Notes: generated by a model not told the origin, from the letters alone. Counted from the stretch's first letter, positions 51,110 through 64,000 are shown. The stretch is 64,000 nucleotides of DNA from Takakia lepidozioides (GCA_030704615.1 CM060731.1:6510001-6574000); one strand, 5' to 3'. Numbers and translations are program-made.

Positions 51110-52070
51110 CCCGAATGAAGGCATATGCCTTCTAGACTTGTTTGGCGGGATCAACACTGGATTGGCTGCAGTGATGCAGGCAGGTGTACGAGTTCAACGT
51201 TACCTGTATGTGGAGAGGGATGAGACTGCACGACGCGTCTCACTGCGCCATGTTGCTCAGTTGGTGCAGCAGTACCCTGATTTGTTGCCAGTGTCTGCAT
51301 TTGTTGCCAGCAGACATCTCTTTGTTGGGGGCGCAGGATTTGGAGCGGCTTGGCCCTATTCACTTGGTAGTAGCAGGTTGGCCCTGCCAAGGGCATTCAT
51401 CAGCCGGGCATGGCAATGGGTTACAAGACTCAAGGTCACGCCTGTTTTGGGAGATGTTGAGGGTCCTATGCTATTTACAGCTTGAGTAGACAGACTCTCC
51501 GGCATATATCTTGGAGAATGTGCCATTGATGGGTGATTCTCGGGCCAAGGTGATGGCCAGTGTACATCAAGTGCGGTCTTGGCTTGGATTAGCAATGTTG
51601 CTAGATGCAGCTGCAGTGGGGTCACGAGCTCATCGCCCATGACTATGGTGGACCAACTTGATGCCACCTGCATTGGTCAAGCGTGCATTTGATGGGGTGC
51701 AGCGGCCACCAAACCTGACGGTGGATAGCATTTTGGACATAGGGAGGCAGTCTCAGCATGTGAGACACGATGACCAATCACCTTTAGCAGTGGTCAATAA
51801 GGTGGGTCACCCACAAGCAGCATTGCCTACACTGCTCAGCTTTCCAGGATCTCATGCTTTCCGAGATGGTGGACCTGGCCTCTTGTGGGATAGCCAGTTG
51901 CAGCAGTTAGTGGAACCCAATGCTGGCAAGCGCGAGCGGACGATAAGTTTTACCAATGGTACCACGGCGGAGCCATCTCTTTCTGAGGCATCACGTCGTC
52001 AGATGTTGGGGCAAGCAATGGATCTCAATTGCTTGACCTGGATTATAAGCTTGGCTATGGGTGAGCAGCG
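51110..52070 (+). pseudogene. C5-cytosine DNA methyltransferase inside the retroelement polyprotein
   Basis: Motifs in canonical order: I LDLFGG, II YVERD, III DI, IV AGWPCQG, V DSRSRLF, VI ILENV, VIII HRP*LWWTNL, IX-X ER...LGQAMD. Frameshift at ~51300 and stops at ~51484 and ~51640. Confidence 0.9.
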
Positions 52071-52249
52071 CAGAGTATGGAGTACACTTCCCTTGATAAT
52101 CTCTCTGCCTACCGAGACGGTACAGGCCACGAGTGGGGCGAACAGGTGAGGACCACGAGGTATAGGCCGCATCCATGGCACACGTGGGAGGTGCTCGAGG
52201 TTCAGAGGGAGTTGGCTCGGGTTGAAGGATGAGATGATGAGGCAGGACA

Positions 52250-54889
52250 GTCGCAAGCAGTCCGCTGCAAGACTCACGTGCGCCAGTCTGCTGCGACCTC
52301 GGTCTGGTCCAGCAAGTCCGCTGGCAGGCAGGTCCGCCGGAGGGGACTGTTCGCAAGCAGACCACTACAAGACTCACGTGCGCCAGTCTGCTGCAACCTC
52401 AATCTGGTCGAGCAAGTCCGCTCGCAGGCGAGTCCGCTGGAAGGGACTGTTCACAAACAGTCCGCTGCAAGACTCACGTGCGCCAGTCTGTTGCGACCTC
52501 ACTCTGGTCTGTTGCCAGGCGAATCCGCCGGAGGGGACTATTCGGAAGTCTGCTGGCAACCCAGTCCGTTCGGGATGCCCTCTGGCCAAGTCCGTTGCAA
52601 GACTCACTTACGTAAGTCCGCTGCGAGGTCAGCGTGGTCAAGTCTGCTGGCGGTGTCATGAGGGCAACACTCATGGCAGGTCAGAGTGGTCGAGTGTGCT
52701 GCCTGAATCCGTTTGGAACAGACGGGCAGACCAGTCAACCAAAGAGTCTACTGGGTTAGTGCCCAAGTCCACCGGCGAAGTCCTCTTTGAAGTCTCTCAT
52801 GTGGGCATGTGTACTTTGCAAGGCTGTTTTTTGAGGAGTGCTCATTTTCCTGTGCCTTTGGCATGTCCGGCGGGCTTGGGTGAAGCAATCATGCGCGAAA
52901 ACCAAAGATCTTATCACTGCCGCAAACTTGCTGAAAGATATGGGAGACCTCATGTACTGTAGAGGTGGACCAAGCAATCCCAAAGAAGGCCTTGCATGGG
53001 TAGCAACAACGCTCCGACGCATGAGAAAGAAATTTCCGAATGGGCATGAATTTTTGGACTACATCGATAAGGAATGGCGTCCTAAAATAGCAATGTGGTG
53101 TACAACAGCTCACCATGTTCCGCATGCCAGTCAAGACACCAATGCTAGCATTGAGGCATACCATGGAAACTTGAAGGCAAGACTAAGGATGGGGAAAGGC
53201 AAAATGACTGGGCGTAGAGTGGATTGGCTCATATGGGAACTCACAGGCCGTGTGCTAACACACTACTGGTATGCAATTAACCTGAAGACGCATGGATTCA
53301 TAAGGAATGACAAACAGGAGAAGTACATGTCTAGTTTTGTGCTTGCGGCACGCGATATCCTAGCTTGCAATGTCACTCTTCCGTTCCATCCTGGGCAACC
53401 AGCCTATGTTCTAAGCACCAATCACCCAAACACAATTTACATTGTTTACAACCCTGGATGCGAATGGGCTTCTTGCACTTGCCCATGGACAATGAAGGGC
53501 AATTTGTGCAAGCATCAAGTCCGAGTCCTGAAGTTGCTTTATCCACACTTGCAGGATGGACTCATAGTGCGTGCTTGTGACACGGCGCTGGGAACCATTC
53601 ATGGAGGATTGCATAATGTGTTTAGGGTTCATGCAAGTGGCGGCAATGAAGAGGGTTTTGGAAATGCAACAGAGGGCCCTTCCACAGATGACTTCCCCTA
53701 TGATGCAGAGCTTGTCTTCGTACCATCCTCCATGGATGAAGAATTTGCAGACATACTTTGCATTGTTGGGGACGACAAATACCTGGAGAAACATGTGTTG
53801 TCTTCTCTTTGTATCTGTAGGGGGCAGCTTGTTGATATTCTCGCCAAGAGTGCTGCAGGAATGTTGCACCCTGCGGCAGTAAAGAGCTTCCGTCCTGTAA
53901 ATGACAACAACAATATGTCGCTGAAAATGAAAATGAATTTCGTTGAGGCATGGAAAACGCGACCCAGGGTCTTACGCAAAATAGGGAAGAGGGTTGGTGC
54001 CCCAACACCTACAACACACATATACTCCACGATCCGGAGGGTTGCAGACCGTATACTAGTTGTAAAGTAGAGTAGGAAATGTAGGAAATGGTACAGTATC
54101 ATTCTCCGATGAAATAAAATTTCGGCGGTACGATTGCATGTGCACCAGACTTCCAACCTATTTGCCAACCAGCCTGGTAAAACCAGTCTTCTGGCGTCTA
54201 AGCCAGTATGCTCAACCAGTCTTCTATCGTCTGAACCAGTTTGCTCAACCAGTCTTCTGGTGTCTGAACCAGTCTGTTGTACCAGGCTGGGACTCAGTCT
54301 TCAAACAGTCTGCTGTGCCAGCCTTCTCCTGAGCAGACCAGTCTCCCGGTTCTGAACGTTCATGCACCTGGCTGACCAGTGAGCCTCATGCGGTCTGCCC
54401 ATCAGACTGGCCATTCTCAATACGGTGGACTCTCACTTACTCTGCTGACCAGACTTGGCAGACTACTGACCAATGCCGTCCGCCTGTACTCTACCACTCC
54501 GGTGACTCTCGACAGTCTGCTCACAAGTGCAGACTCATGGTTCCGAATCGCATCTGCCAGTCTGCCGGACTGGTCCCAACTCCTCAGTCTGTCGGACTCT
54601 CGTCAGTCTGGCGACATTGCCCTCTGTCTGCTCACAAGCCTAGGCATACCCTCTTCCCGTACTCTGGCAATCTGCTGACTCTCGGCTGTTTGCTGACCAG
54701 TGGACTCCCTTGGTATGTTAAACAAAATGATTGTGTGTGCAGGGGTAAGTCCGCTTAACAACATGCAGTGAATTGGTCACAAGTCTACAACGACTACTCC
54801 ACAGTGCACTCATATGCGATCAATAGGATGTGTATGCAAAGTCATATTTTATTTCGTTGCAAATGCTCAAAAGCATGCTTACATGACAA
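52250..54889 (+). mobile_element. Second copy of the MULE segment (intron repeats, SWIM transposase last exon ~52820-54070, 3' region)
   Basis: High-identity direct duplicate of ~34660-37107 plus 38260-38446, lacking the 37108-38255 insertion. Confidence 0.92.
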
Positions 54890-56740
54890 AAAAACAGGCT
54901 TTGTATAATTTAAATTGGATCAAAACAAAGCTCCGAATGTATTTCATTAAATACAAGTATTTCTGGTGTATCTGTACATGTTCCATTCAGGTTAAAAATA
55001 CAGTTCCCTACTAGTGCCAGCAAAATCCCCCAACCGTTCAGAGCCACCACCTTCGACCAGCGATTCAAGAGCAATTGGCTGATTTGAATTAAAAAATCAA
55101 ATTCACATCCATCCACCATTTTCCAACTTGAATTCCTGTAGTGTGAAAAGAAGGGGCGTGAATCCCCTTCTGTATAATTCTAATTGTGCTCCCCTCCATT
55201 CTAAGCGGAGCAAAAGAAAGAAACGTTCTTCTAGTCTGTCCAACTGTCGTCACTTGGCTGTGGGTTTCCCTCAGCTCCTTCGTGATCAGAGTTCAAGCAA
55301 TCCTCATCCACGCCGCAGCGGAAGAGAAGACATGGATGGGGAGTCAATTTGTTGTTCACTCTTGGTTCTACCTTTTACACAACATCCCCTACCTGCAGGT
55401 ACAGCACCAGCTATGCTGGTGCGATGTATTCAGTGATGCAATCAGCCCTATGTCAGTGATGAAACCCTGCCCTTGTGGGCAGTTCCCTTGGTCAGCAACA
55501 CGTCGGAAGCCCCCTTTTGTAATGAGATCACGGTCTAGGTGGATGGGCAGCTCAGATCTGCCATGAACTGCAGGCCCACTAGTTTGATCATTCAGGGTTC
55601 ATGTCTTCTTGACCTTGGCTCTCCATTTGTCCATCCCTCATCAACCCTTTTCTCCCTTCTTCACTTTTTCTTTCTCTCACACTCTTTTTCTTTCATGTGT
55701 GGATTCCTCACTTTTCTCCACAACAGCATGGCTACGATGCAATGCAATGCACATCCAGCCAGGCATCCAGTGCATCCATCATTGAAGTCAACCTTGGTCA
55801 CACAAGAGATAATCTGCCCCTCTGTCAGTCTTTTTCTCTCTCTCTTTCCAGTGACTGGTCCTTGCACTACCTATCCCCAAGTGTATCCTGTTTGGTCAAG
55901 GTGCTTCACAACCCTTCTACAGATCTCAAATCACACACCCTGACAGCTCTCCTTTTCTCCTCAACTTCGAACATCAGTCATTCACATGTTGAGAACACTT
56001 CCAGAAATCAGATCCAAACCCCAAAACAGTATTGACTTTTCTTCCCCATCCACGTCATCCCTTCTCAGCTCTTCAAATCAGTTTCTGAATGACCATCCTT
56101 GTTTTCCTCATTCCACTAAGCTAGTTCTACACTGGCTCCACTGTTTTAACATCCAAGGCTGCATTGTTTTGCTGGCTGAAAACACTGAAAACAAAGAAAA
56201 TGAACACAAGAACAGCAACCATTCTGACCCTGAGGTGAGATATCCCTGTCCCCTCTCATTTTCCTAATAACAGTGTAACAACAGGTGCATCCATCTCCAC
56301 CCTATCCTGGTTTGAATTCCAGTGTCTTCATTCCATTTTTCAAAGGCCTTTTCTACTCCTCACATTTCTGTCCCCTTCAGTAGATACAAGAGACAGTTCC
56401 AAAAACTTCACAAAGTCATTCCTAAGTGCCAAAAAGGAAGCCAACACTCTTCGAACTTATCTGTCTTATACTCATTGAAGCGGTGGGTCTGCCTGTCAAG
56501 AAGGCACCTTGTCATCTCCCTCGTCAGCCATTTCCGACGTTTCTTCTTATCGTGATTCCAGTCCTCATTAAGGCATGATGGCTCTGCTTCAGCTGCTGGC
56601 ACATCCTTGTGCCTGCCAACCTCTACCCTATCCTTCTACATGTGCATTTCTTCCCTATGAAGTGATCTGGTCCTACAGCCCTTAAGACAGAGAGCAGATA
56701 CAAAACTTAATTATAGATAGCTTAAGCGCCATACACACCA

Positions 56741-57271
56741 GAAGGCGGCACCGCTTCCTCTTGCACAGAAAGCCAAGCAGGAGCTCTTAACGTTTCTCTT
56801 TAAAGCAAGCTGATACCATTTGTGTAGGTGGAACTTTCTCAGATATCTTGTGCTGCCAACACCACTACAGCAGCTGCGAAAAGATGCTTACTCTCTTCCC
56901 TTACAAAGTGATCTGGTCCTAAAGCTCTCAAACAGACAACAGCTACAAGATTTGATCACAGACAACCTGAGGCGCTATACACACCAGCCTGCACTTCTCA
57001 TCCCCCAACACCTGCTGAGCCGCTCCATCTCCTCATTAATGTGCTCATCAAGACAATGGCGACAGCAGTGGTGCACCGCCCTTATCACAAACCTGATCCC
57101 TCAGGTTTGATAATTGCTTACGAAGAAGGCGGCACCGCTTCTTCTTGCACAGAAAGCCAAGCAGGAGCTCTTAACGTTTCTCTTTAAAGCAAGCTGATAC
57201 CCTTTGCATAGGTGGAACTTTCTCAGATATCTTGTGCTGCCAACACCACTGCAGCAGCTGCGAAAAGATGC
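56741..57271. repeat. ~147-bp direct repeat pair (56741-56888, 57125-57271)
   Basis: GAAGGCGGCACCGCTTC...GCAGCTGCGAAAAGATGC occurs twice. Probably the 3' non-coding region of the adjacent Gypsy. Confidence 0.8.
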
Positions 57272-57563
57272 ACGCACTCTTCCCCTTCGAATTTCACATC
57301 CTGCTTCTAGGGTTCAACATCATGGATGAAAATCATTCATCCTAGGGATGAAAAAGGTGCATGTCATAACTTAGCCATATTTTGTTCTTGGCAGATCAAT
57401 AGCATAGTTTTTTCCATGGAATTACCTCAAGTTATGGACAATTCCTCCCCTTCATTAGCACGAAGAGCACTCCCTTTGTAGTAGTGCCGAAACCTGATGC
57501 CAAACAAAAACTTGAATTTTTACCCCCTGCATTCACACTACATATGTAGTGTGTCTCCCTTTT

Positions 57564-58627
57564 TTAAGTGTCAGGGTCCTCACTGACCACCTTTAACGGC
57601 TGAACACCTATTGGTGGTATGAAGGGTTTTAAATCCCTCCTACTTCTTACCCATTCCTTGTCTGCTCCATCTCTCAACCTGCATCTTCGTGCAGCTTCTC
57701 CAGTCTTGGTTGTGCTTCCTGCATCCTTGTACCCCAAAAAGTCATAGGGTCCCTCCCATGGAGATGTCATGGAAGACCTCTTTCCGGGCCTCAACATCAT
57801 TACCTTGCTGTTCTCCGTCAACGTGCAGTAGGTATGCCCTGTTTGATGCCTTCTTTCATAATCTCTTGCCTGTTGACGCTGCCTTTTCTTCACACTCTTT
57901 CGCAGCTTTGCCTTCATCTCTGTGAGAAGCTGGATTTTCTGCTGCATCATAAGTGTAACCTCTGCTACAGATCCATCAGAATTTACTGGTGTTGTAAGAA
58001 AATGCAACCTGTTGTCAATTCCCAGCCTTGGAATTCTACCAGTAAGTACCTGAAAAGGTGAGAATCCAGTGGAAGCATGGACACCCATTCTGTAACCAAA
58101 CAGGGCCTTATAGAGATTCTGATCCCACTCAGTGTCGTTTCCATCTCCTAGGGTGGTGATGCTCTGTTTGAGAGACTTAATGACCCTTTCCACCATACCG
58201 TTACACTGAGGCCAGTAGGGGGCGCTATGCTCCCTCTTTATACCGTATTCGTGGCATGTATCTTCAAACTCACCTCCCCACTCTGTGCCATTGTCAGTGA
58301 GCAACGTATGTGGGCAGCTATACCTGTCAATTACTTCTTCCTCAAGGAAGCGGGCAGCAAGGGCTGCTGTATGATCTGCCACTGGTGCAGCTTCTATCCA
58401 TTTTGAGAAGTGATCGATTGCCACCAGAAAGTACTGATTGCCCCTGCTGGTTATAGGTAATGGTCCTGCCATGTCAATTGCAACTCTGAAAAACAGATCC
58501 ACTACTGGAATGCTGTGAAGTTTTGAGCTATCTGAGCGCAACACTCCGTTCTGTTTGGCCATCTGACATTTACCACAGCCCTTGAGTACTTGCCTGATGA
58601 GTTTTGTTCTATCATGCCAGAAATAAC
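57564..58627 (-). pseudogene. Ty3/Gypsy integrase fragment
   Basis: YFWHD...CGKCQ, VAIDMAGPLP, LVAIDHFSKW, LLTDNGTEW, NGMVER, WEGPY. Cut at 58627 by an LTR insertion. Confidence 0.92.
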
Positions 58628-59722
58628 TGTCGCGCGGCTTTTACTCACCCATCCATTCGCTATTCGAGGCGGAAACTCCAAGATTGAAGAGTTGGAAATC
58701 TCTAAGTACTCAGCCCGCGCAGAACAATCAGTCATGACCTACAGCTAGTGTATCATGGGGGTGTTTCCTATTTGTTTCCCTTTTGGTATTCATGTTAACT
58801 ATCTTACCATTGATAATTAAGTATCAGTTTGCTTTATCAATCTATTGGATTCCATCAACTCATCCATTCATTCCACAGCTTCACTCAGACCTCTCTACAC
58901 AGTGTGATCGTAAAAGTATTCGATTATGATTTATCAGGTATCAGGCCGAAGCCATTGTGTCTCTAATCTACTCTACAATATCATTACAGCCTTGCATATA
59001 TCAAGCATCTACTCATCATCTCTCTATCTTCACTTCCGTGCTTCATCTCTGCCCGATCCCCTCTCCTCTATCACCAAGAAGTCCTCCTCCGAATCATGTC
59101 CCTCAATTCCCCGTTTCTCCCTTTATCTTCCTATCCGCGGTTCTAACCGTTTACCTCACTAACCGTCGTCTGTGAACTAACATGTTCCCTTCGCAGGTGT
59201 TGTTCCCCACAGTCGTTCCCTGTCCTACTCTTCGTTCCCTATGATCGTGACAGTTGTGTCAAGCTGTGACTGGCTGTGTGAAACTGTGACGGGCTGTGAC
59301 TGGCTGTGACTGGCTGTGCGACTGTGTTTGGCTGTGTCGGGCTGTGACTGGCTGTGTGGCTGTGCCAGGCTGTGTCGACTGTGTCGGCTGTGTCTGCTGT
59401 GACGACTGTGACGGCTGTGTTGGCTGTGTCGGCTGTGACGACTGTAACGGCTGTGTTGGCTGTGTCGGCTGTGACGACTGTGACGGCTGTGTTGGCTGTG
59501 TCGGCTGTGACGACTGTAACGGCTGTGTTGGCTGTGTCGGCTGTGACGACTGTGACGGCTGTGTTGGCTGTGACGACTGTAACGGTTGTGTTGGCTGTGT
59601 AACCCCCTTCTACAGTGCGCTGCTGTCACCCCTAAGGCTCCTATTGGTCTCAGTCTGTGCAAAAATTAAGGGTACCCTACAGATCCCGTATAAGTGTCTA
59701 AGTCCCCGACAGTCCTCTAACA
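58628..59722 (-). mobile_element. 3' LTR of a minus-strand LTR element, containing a 9-bp minisatellite (GGCTGTGWC, ~59260-59600)
   Basis: Starts TG exactly where the integrase frame breaks and ends TAACA next to a PPT GAGGGGGGAAGGGGTAA (minus, 59723-59739). A homologous copy lies inverted at 63327-64000. Confidence 0.75.
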
Positions 59723-59760
59723 TTACCCCTTCCCCCCTCAAAAAGCCGTGTCCTCACGGT

Positions 59761-62700
59761 TTACTGATTTCGACTAGCAAACCTTTGTGAGTGAGCACCT
59801 TCTTGACGTTGAGAGTTTCGTGGCGGACTGTGTGTACGAGCCCGAGGTCTGTCTCTGGTTGACGGAGATGGTTGATCACTACCTGGATAAGTGAGGCCCT
59901 CTGGAGGCTGATATGGAGGTAACCTTTCCGGCATAGGAGACCCCCTTCGCTTCTTCTCTGCCATCTGAACTGCATAGTCTTCTCCCATGTCAAAAGAATT
60001 CGGTGAAGAAACAGTTGTATCAGAATCCTCATCGCCTCTCAGGTGTTTTAATTTTCGAACTTTTTGTGGAATCATCTGGGGCATACAATGCTGTCCTACC
60101 ATGTCTGGAAGTTTGTATTTTACAACTTGGTGTGACCGCTGAATAGCAAAATTGGTGTAGACACTGAGCTCCTTGTCTGTCCAGGTGAGTGGGGTACCAA
60201 TTACTGGTGCAGCGTGCAAGTACTTCCATGCCACATGTCCCTTATAGAAAATGTCATCAATGCCGAATTTCTGTGTTGACAAATGGTTCCAGGCCGCTTG
60301 AAACCATGAACGAATTTGAGAATCCTTTTGCATCATAACTTTTGGGTCATATAGGTACATATGAGGTGGCACCGAAGGTAATACCCAATGATCTCCACTG
60401 GAATAACTCAGAAAGCGTGTTTGCATCTTTTGTTGCTCAATGTGGTAACGTACCAGAAAACAAGCAGCGTAGTATAACCCGCACCCCATGACAATACTTG
60501 CTATCTCCTTGGTTTTGGTATAAATGAGTCCATGTACAACCTGGAAAGCAATCAATTCCCTCAACATGGTACCTGCCTCGTGCCAGTATTGTGCAAAGTG
60601 ATGATCTTCAATATGTCGATTGTTCGGAAGAACTTTAGTCCTAGTTGCCACTGGCAGCCATATACGCATGATTTGGTAGTAATGTGCGAATGACTGCGGA
60701 GGACTAAATTCTTTCCAAGCCAAATCCAACATGATGGGAATTTGGTTGAAGGGCATAATCATAGCCCTACTGTACTCCCTGGTAGCTGGAGTTTTAGGTG
60801 GGTTAAAAGCGGCATTGCCCCATACCTCCGGCTGTGGTGGCTGTGGTGTGGTTGTAGTAACCACAGGTTCAGCTACTGGTACAGTGACTTGTTGTGGTGG
60901 TGGTGGTACTGGCTCTTGTATCATTGGCATCTCCTGCACCTCCTGTGAAGACTGAAAAGCCAAAGTTATGGCTTGTAAATAAGAAGCCATTAGCTGTTCC
61001 TGAGGAATATAGACTCTTTGGTCGATGTTTGAAGTGAGGTCTTCCACTTGAGTCTGGAGTCCGTCTACATCCTCTTGTAACTCTGCTATCCTACTATAGA
61101 CATTGTCTATAGTAGTTGTGGCAATGTTCTGCACCTGCAGCCTGAGCTCATTCATCTCGCTTTGGGTGAGCTTCCGTGGTGCTTTGCCCTCTACTGGCCC
61201 TTGTGCTAACCAGACCTGCATAAGGCTGTTATCCACCAAGTTGCTTGTGGTTCCCCTGAGAGTTTGCTCCTCTCTTAGCTTGTACAATTCCAACTGCTGT
61301 TGTAAAGCCTCCATGCGCTTCGCCTGAGGTTCAACCAATTGCGCATAAGCAGCAAGTAGATTATTGGCTTCCTTCCAAGCCTTGTTATTGACCGCGATTT
61401 CATTTCTATTGGCCATGATGGTTTGTTGCAACTCCACGATGTGCTTCTCTTGATCAGCTTCAATCTGCCTGTATTGCTTGAAAGTATCTTCATTGCGACA
61501 GATTGTATTCTTCATATCGACAATGAGCTTCATTTGCTCAACATTCTCTTCTTCTGCCTTCGTACATTTTTCCGCTTGACTGTTTATTTCTTTTGTAGAT
61601 TGGTCAAGCATAGTTGTAAATGTAGCACATTGTATTGCCATCCTGTTATGCACTATCTGCAACTCCGTATGTAGTGCATTCAGTTCTTGCAACTTGCTTT
61701 CATGCTGCACCTGCATTTGGTATAGCTGTTGCTTATGTGCTTCGTGCAACTGGTCTTGCGCGAGGCCTGCCTCAATCAATTGTTCCTTGGCCAATTTCAA
61801 AGCCATTTCTGTATTTCCCAAGTCCTGCTTCAACTTGAGAGTGACCTCTTCATCGACCTTGTTTGCACACTCAGTGGCTAGTCGAGCCTCAAACTCCTTC
61901 CTGAGTTCCTCTCTCAAGGCTGTCAATTGGGTAATTGGAACATGGGATTTGACATAAGTCCCCAACAAATTAAGTGTCTTGCCTATGGAACTCATCAGCA
62001 TTGCCTGTTGAGGGTCATCATGGTGAGGTTGCTGCTCTTCCTCCTGATCTTCAACAGTGTGATGTCTCACGAACCATTCAGGCCATTGTCCCACCGGATT
62101 TTCTTCCTGAACTACTTCATCTATCACCGGTGCTACAGTGTCATGACCTTCCGCCTATGGTACCTCCGACACAGGTGTGTGTATTATTTGCACCTTAGGA
62201 TTTCCCTTGGGCAACTGTTGCACCTCTGGGATCTTTGTTTCCTTGACCAGACCAGAATATTCATAGAGAAGGTCCCCCTTCTCCATTTCTGCCACTATCT
62301 GTTCTGTAGTTGGAATATCTAACCCTTCTTTTTCCAAATCAATTATTTCTGGTTGAGCTGCATGGATAACTCGTGACCTTGTGACAAGTCGATCAGCTGG
62401 CTGTGGTGGTTGTGATACATAAGTAACTTCCTCCTCCCTCTCTGAAGGTCCTGCTTCCAGTAATAGCATTTCTCTGTGCTGCTGTGCCCCTTCCTGACCA
62501 TGAGCTTGGGAAACATTATCATGCGGAGTCCGTGAAGCCAGTGGATCCGCCACTACAGTCTTTCCCCGTCTCTGCCTCTTAGTCTCGGGTTGCCCTGCTA
62601 GTCCACCCTCACTGTGTGAAGAGCCTTGCTCTTCCATTGCAGTTGTTTCTGGCTCAAACACTCCCATTTCCTTCCTTTCTTGTGCATCAAGTATGCCAGA

Positions 62701-62826
62701 ATCAAGGATTATTTGAGCAATGATTGGGCCAGACACTATGATAGGAGACTTTGCGGTAGTACCTTGTAATCTTTTCATCTCCTCTACCAGCGCGTTGTAC
62801 ATTATGTCCGCCCATTGTACCTCTTG
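59761..62826 (-). CDS. Large coiled-coil-rich extra ORF just upstream of the PPT (env-position ORF)
   Basis: 788-aa ORF 59761-62127 plus upstream frame 62155-62826, with one break between them and the 5' end lost in the gap. Long heptad-like Q/E/L/K region. Stops ~20 bp before the PPT. Confidence 0.65.
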
Positions 62827-63326
62827 NNNNNNNNNNNNNNNNNNNNNNNNNNNNNNNNNNNNNNNNNNNNNNNNNNNNNNNNNNNNNNNNNNNNNNNNNN
62901 NNNNNNNNNNNNNNNNNNNNNNNNNNNNNNNNNNNNNNNNNNNNNNNNNNNNNNNNNNNNNNNNNNNNNNNNNNNNNNNNNNNNNNNNNNNNNNNNNNNN
63001 NNNNNNNNNNNNNNNNNNNNNNNNNNNNNNNNNNNNNNNNNNNNNNNNNNNNNNNNNNNNNNNNNNNNNNNNNNNNNNNNNNNNNNNNNNNNNNNNNNNN
63101 NNNNNNNNNNNNNNNNNNNNNNNNNNNNNNNNNNNNNNNNNNNNNNNNNNNNNNNNNNNNNNNNNNNNNNNNNNNNNNNNNNNNNNNNNNNNNNNNNNNN
63201 NNNNNNNNNNNNNNNNNNNNNNNNNNNNNNNNNNNNNNNNNNNNNNNNNNNNNNNNNNNNNNNNNNNNNNNNNNNNNNNNNNNNNNNNNNNNNNNNNNNN
63301 NNNNNNNNNNNNNNNNNNNNNNNNNN
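62827..63326. other. Assembly gap (500 N)
   Basis: Run of N. Confidence 1.
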
Positions 63327-64000
63327 CCGTCACAGTCGTCACAGCCCACACAGCCCGTCACAGTCGTCACAGCCCACACAGCCCACACAGCCGTCACAGC
63401 CCACACAGCCCGTCACAGTCGTCACAGCCCACACAGCCCACACAGCCAGTCACAGCCCGGCACAGCCACACAGCCAGTCACAGCCCGACACAGCCAAACA
63501 CAGCCAGTCACCGCTTGACACAGCTGTCACGATAATAGGGAACGAAGAGTAGGACAGGGAACGACTGTGGGGAACAACACCTGTGAAGGGAACATGTTAG
63601 TTCACATACGACGGTTAGAGAGGGAAACGGTTAGAACCGCGGATAGGAGGATAAAGGGAAAAACGGGGAATGGAGAGGGGGATCATTATTCGGGGAGGAC
63701 TTCGGAGTCAGGCGGGAGCGGAGATCGGAGAGCACGATGAAGGAGAAAAGAGGATTAGTAGATGCTTGTTATATGCAAAGCTATAGTGATATAGGAAAGA
63801 AGAATAGAGACATAATGGCTTCGGCCTGATACCTGATAAATCATAATCTGATACTTATACGATACAATCACACTGTGTAGAGAGATCTGACTGAAGCTGT
63901 GGATTGAATGGAGGAGTTAAGGAAACCGATAAATTGATGAAGCAAACTGATACTTAATTATCAATGGTAAGGTAGCTAAGATGAATGCGGAAAAGGAAAC
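63327..64000 (+). mobile_element. Partial LTR of the same family as 58628-59722, opposite orientation
   Basis: Its reverse complement aligns with ~58774-59600, including the minisatellite, with scattered substitutions and indels. Confidence 0.85.

Noticed and set aside
56802-56818. PBS-like TGGTATCAGC on the minus strand
   Set aside because: It sits within a direct repeat with no identifiable adjacent LTR end or gag downstream.
59225-59790. Cys-rich (metallothionein-like) and His/Ser-rich ORFs
   Set aside because: Translations of a 9-bp minisatellite inside an LTR.
62702-63552. ORFs spanning the N run
   Set aside because: Artefacts of the assembly gap.

Overview
Eukaryotic, almost entirely transposon-derived DNA, probably a non-seed land plant or streptophyte (inferred from spliceosomal introns and the TE families). 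No clear host gene is present. The main signal is three copies of one family of large Mutator-like DNA transposons with short termini of the type G(G/A)GG..CTATTTCATGAGC. E1 spans 1107-25481, E2 spans 9748-25220 nested in E1 and looks intact, and E3 starts at 42231 and is partial. E1 and E2 have 8-bp TSDs. E2 carries a GCM-like/DDE/SWIM transposase and a divergently transcribed multi-exon gene with a ParB/Srx-like domain plus a beta-class amino-methyltransferase-like domain (variant catalytic loop DIPD). It also carries two paralogues of an unknown ~190-200-aa 'RWNCC' protein and many copies of an element-specific 22-bp palindrome, about 30 of them on a near-strict 53-bp period between the divergent genes. 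E1 and E3 each have their own different palindrome. The rest of the window holds chromovirus Gypsy pieces, a hAT pseudogene, a Ulp1-carrying MULE (partly duplicated), two solo LTRs, a Gypsy-like element with a C5 DNA methyltransferase between protease and the missing RT, further Gypsy fragments and a 500-N gap. All domain calls are motif recognition by eye; no searches were run.
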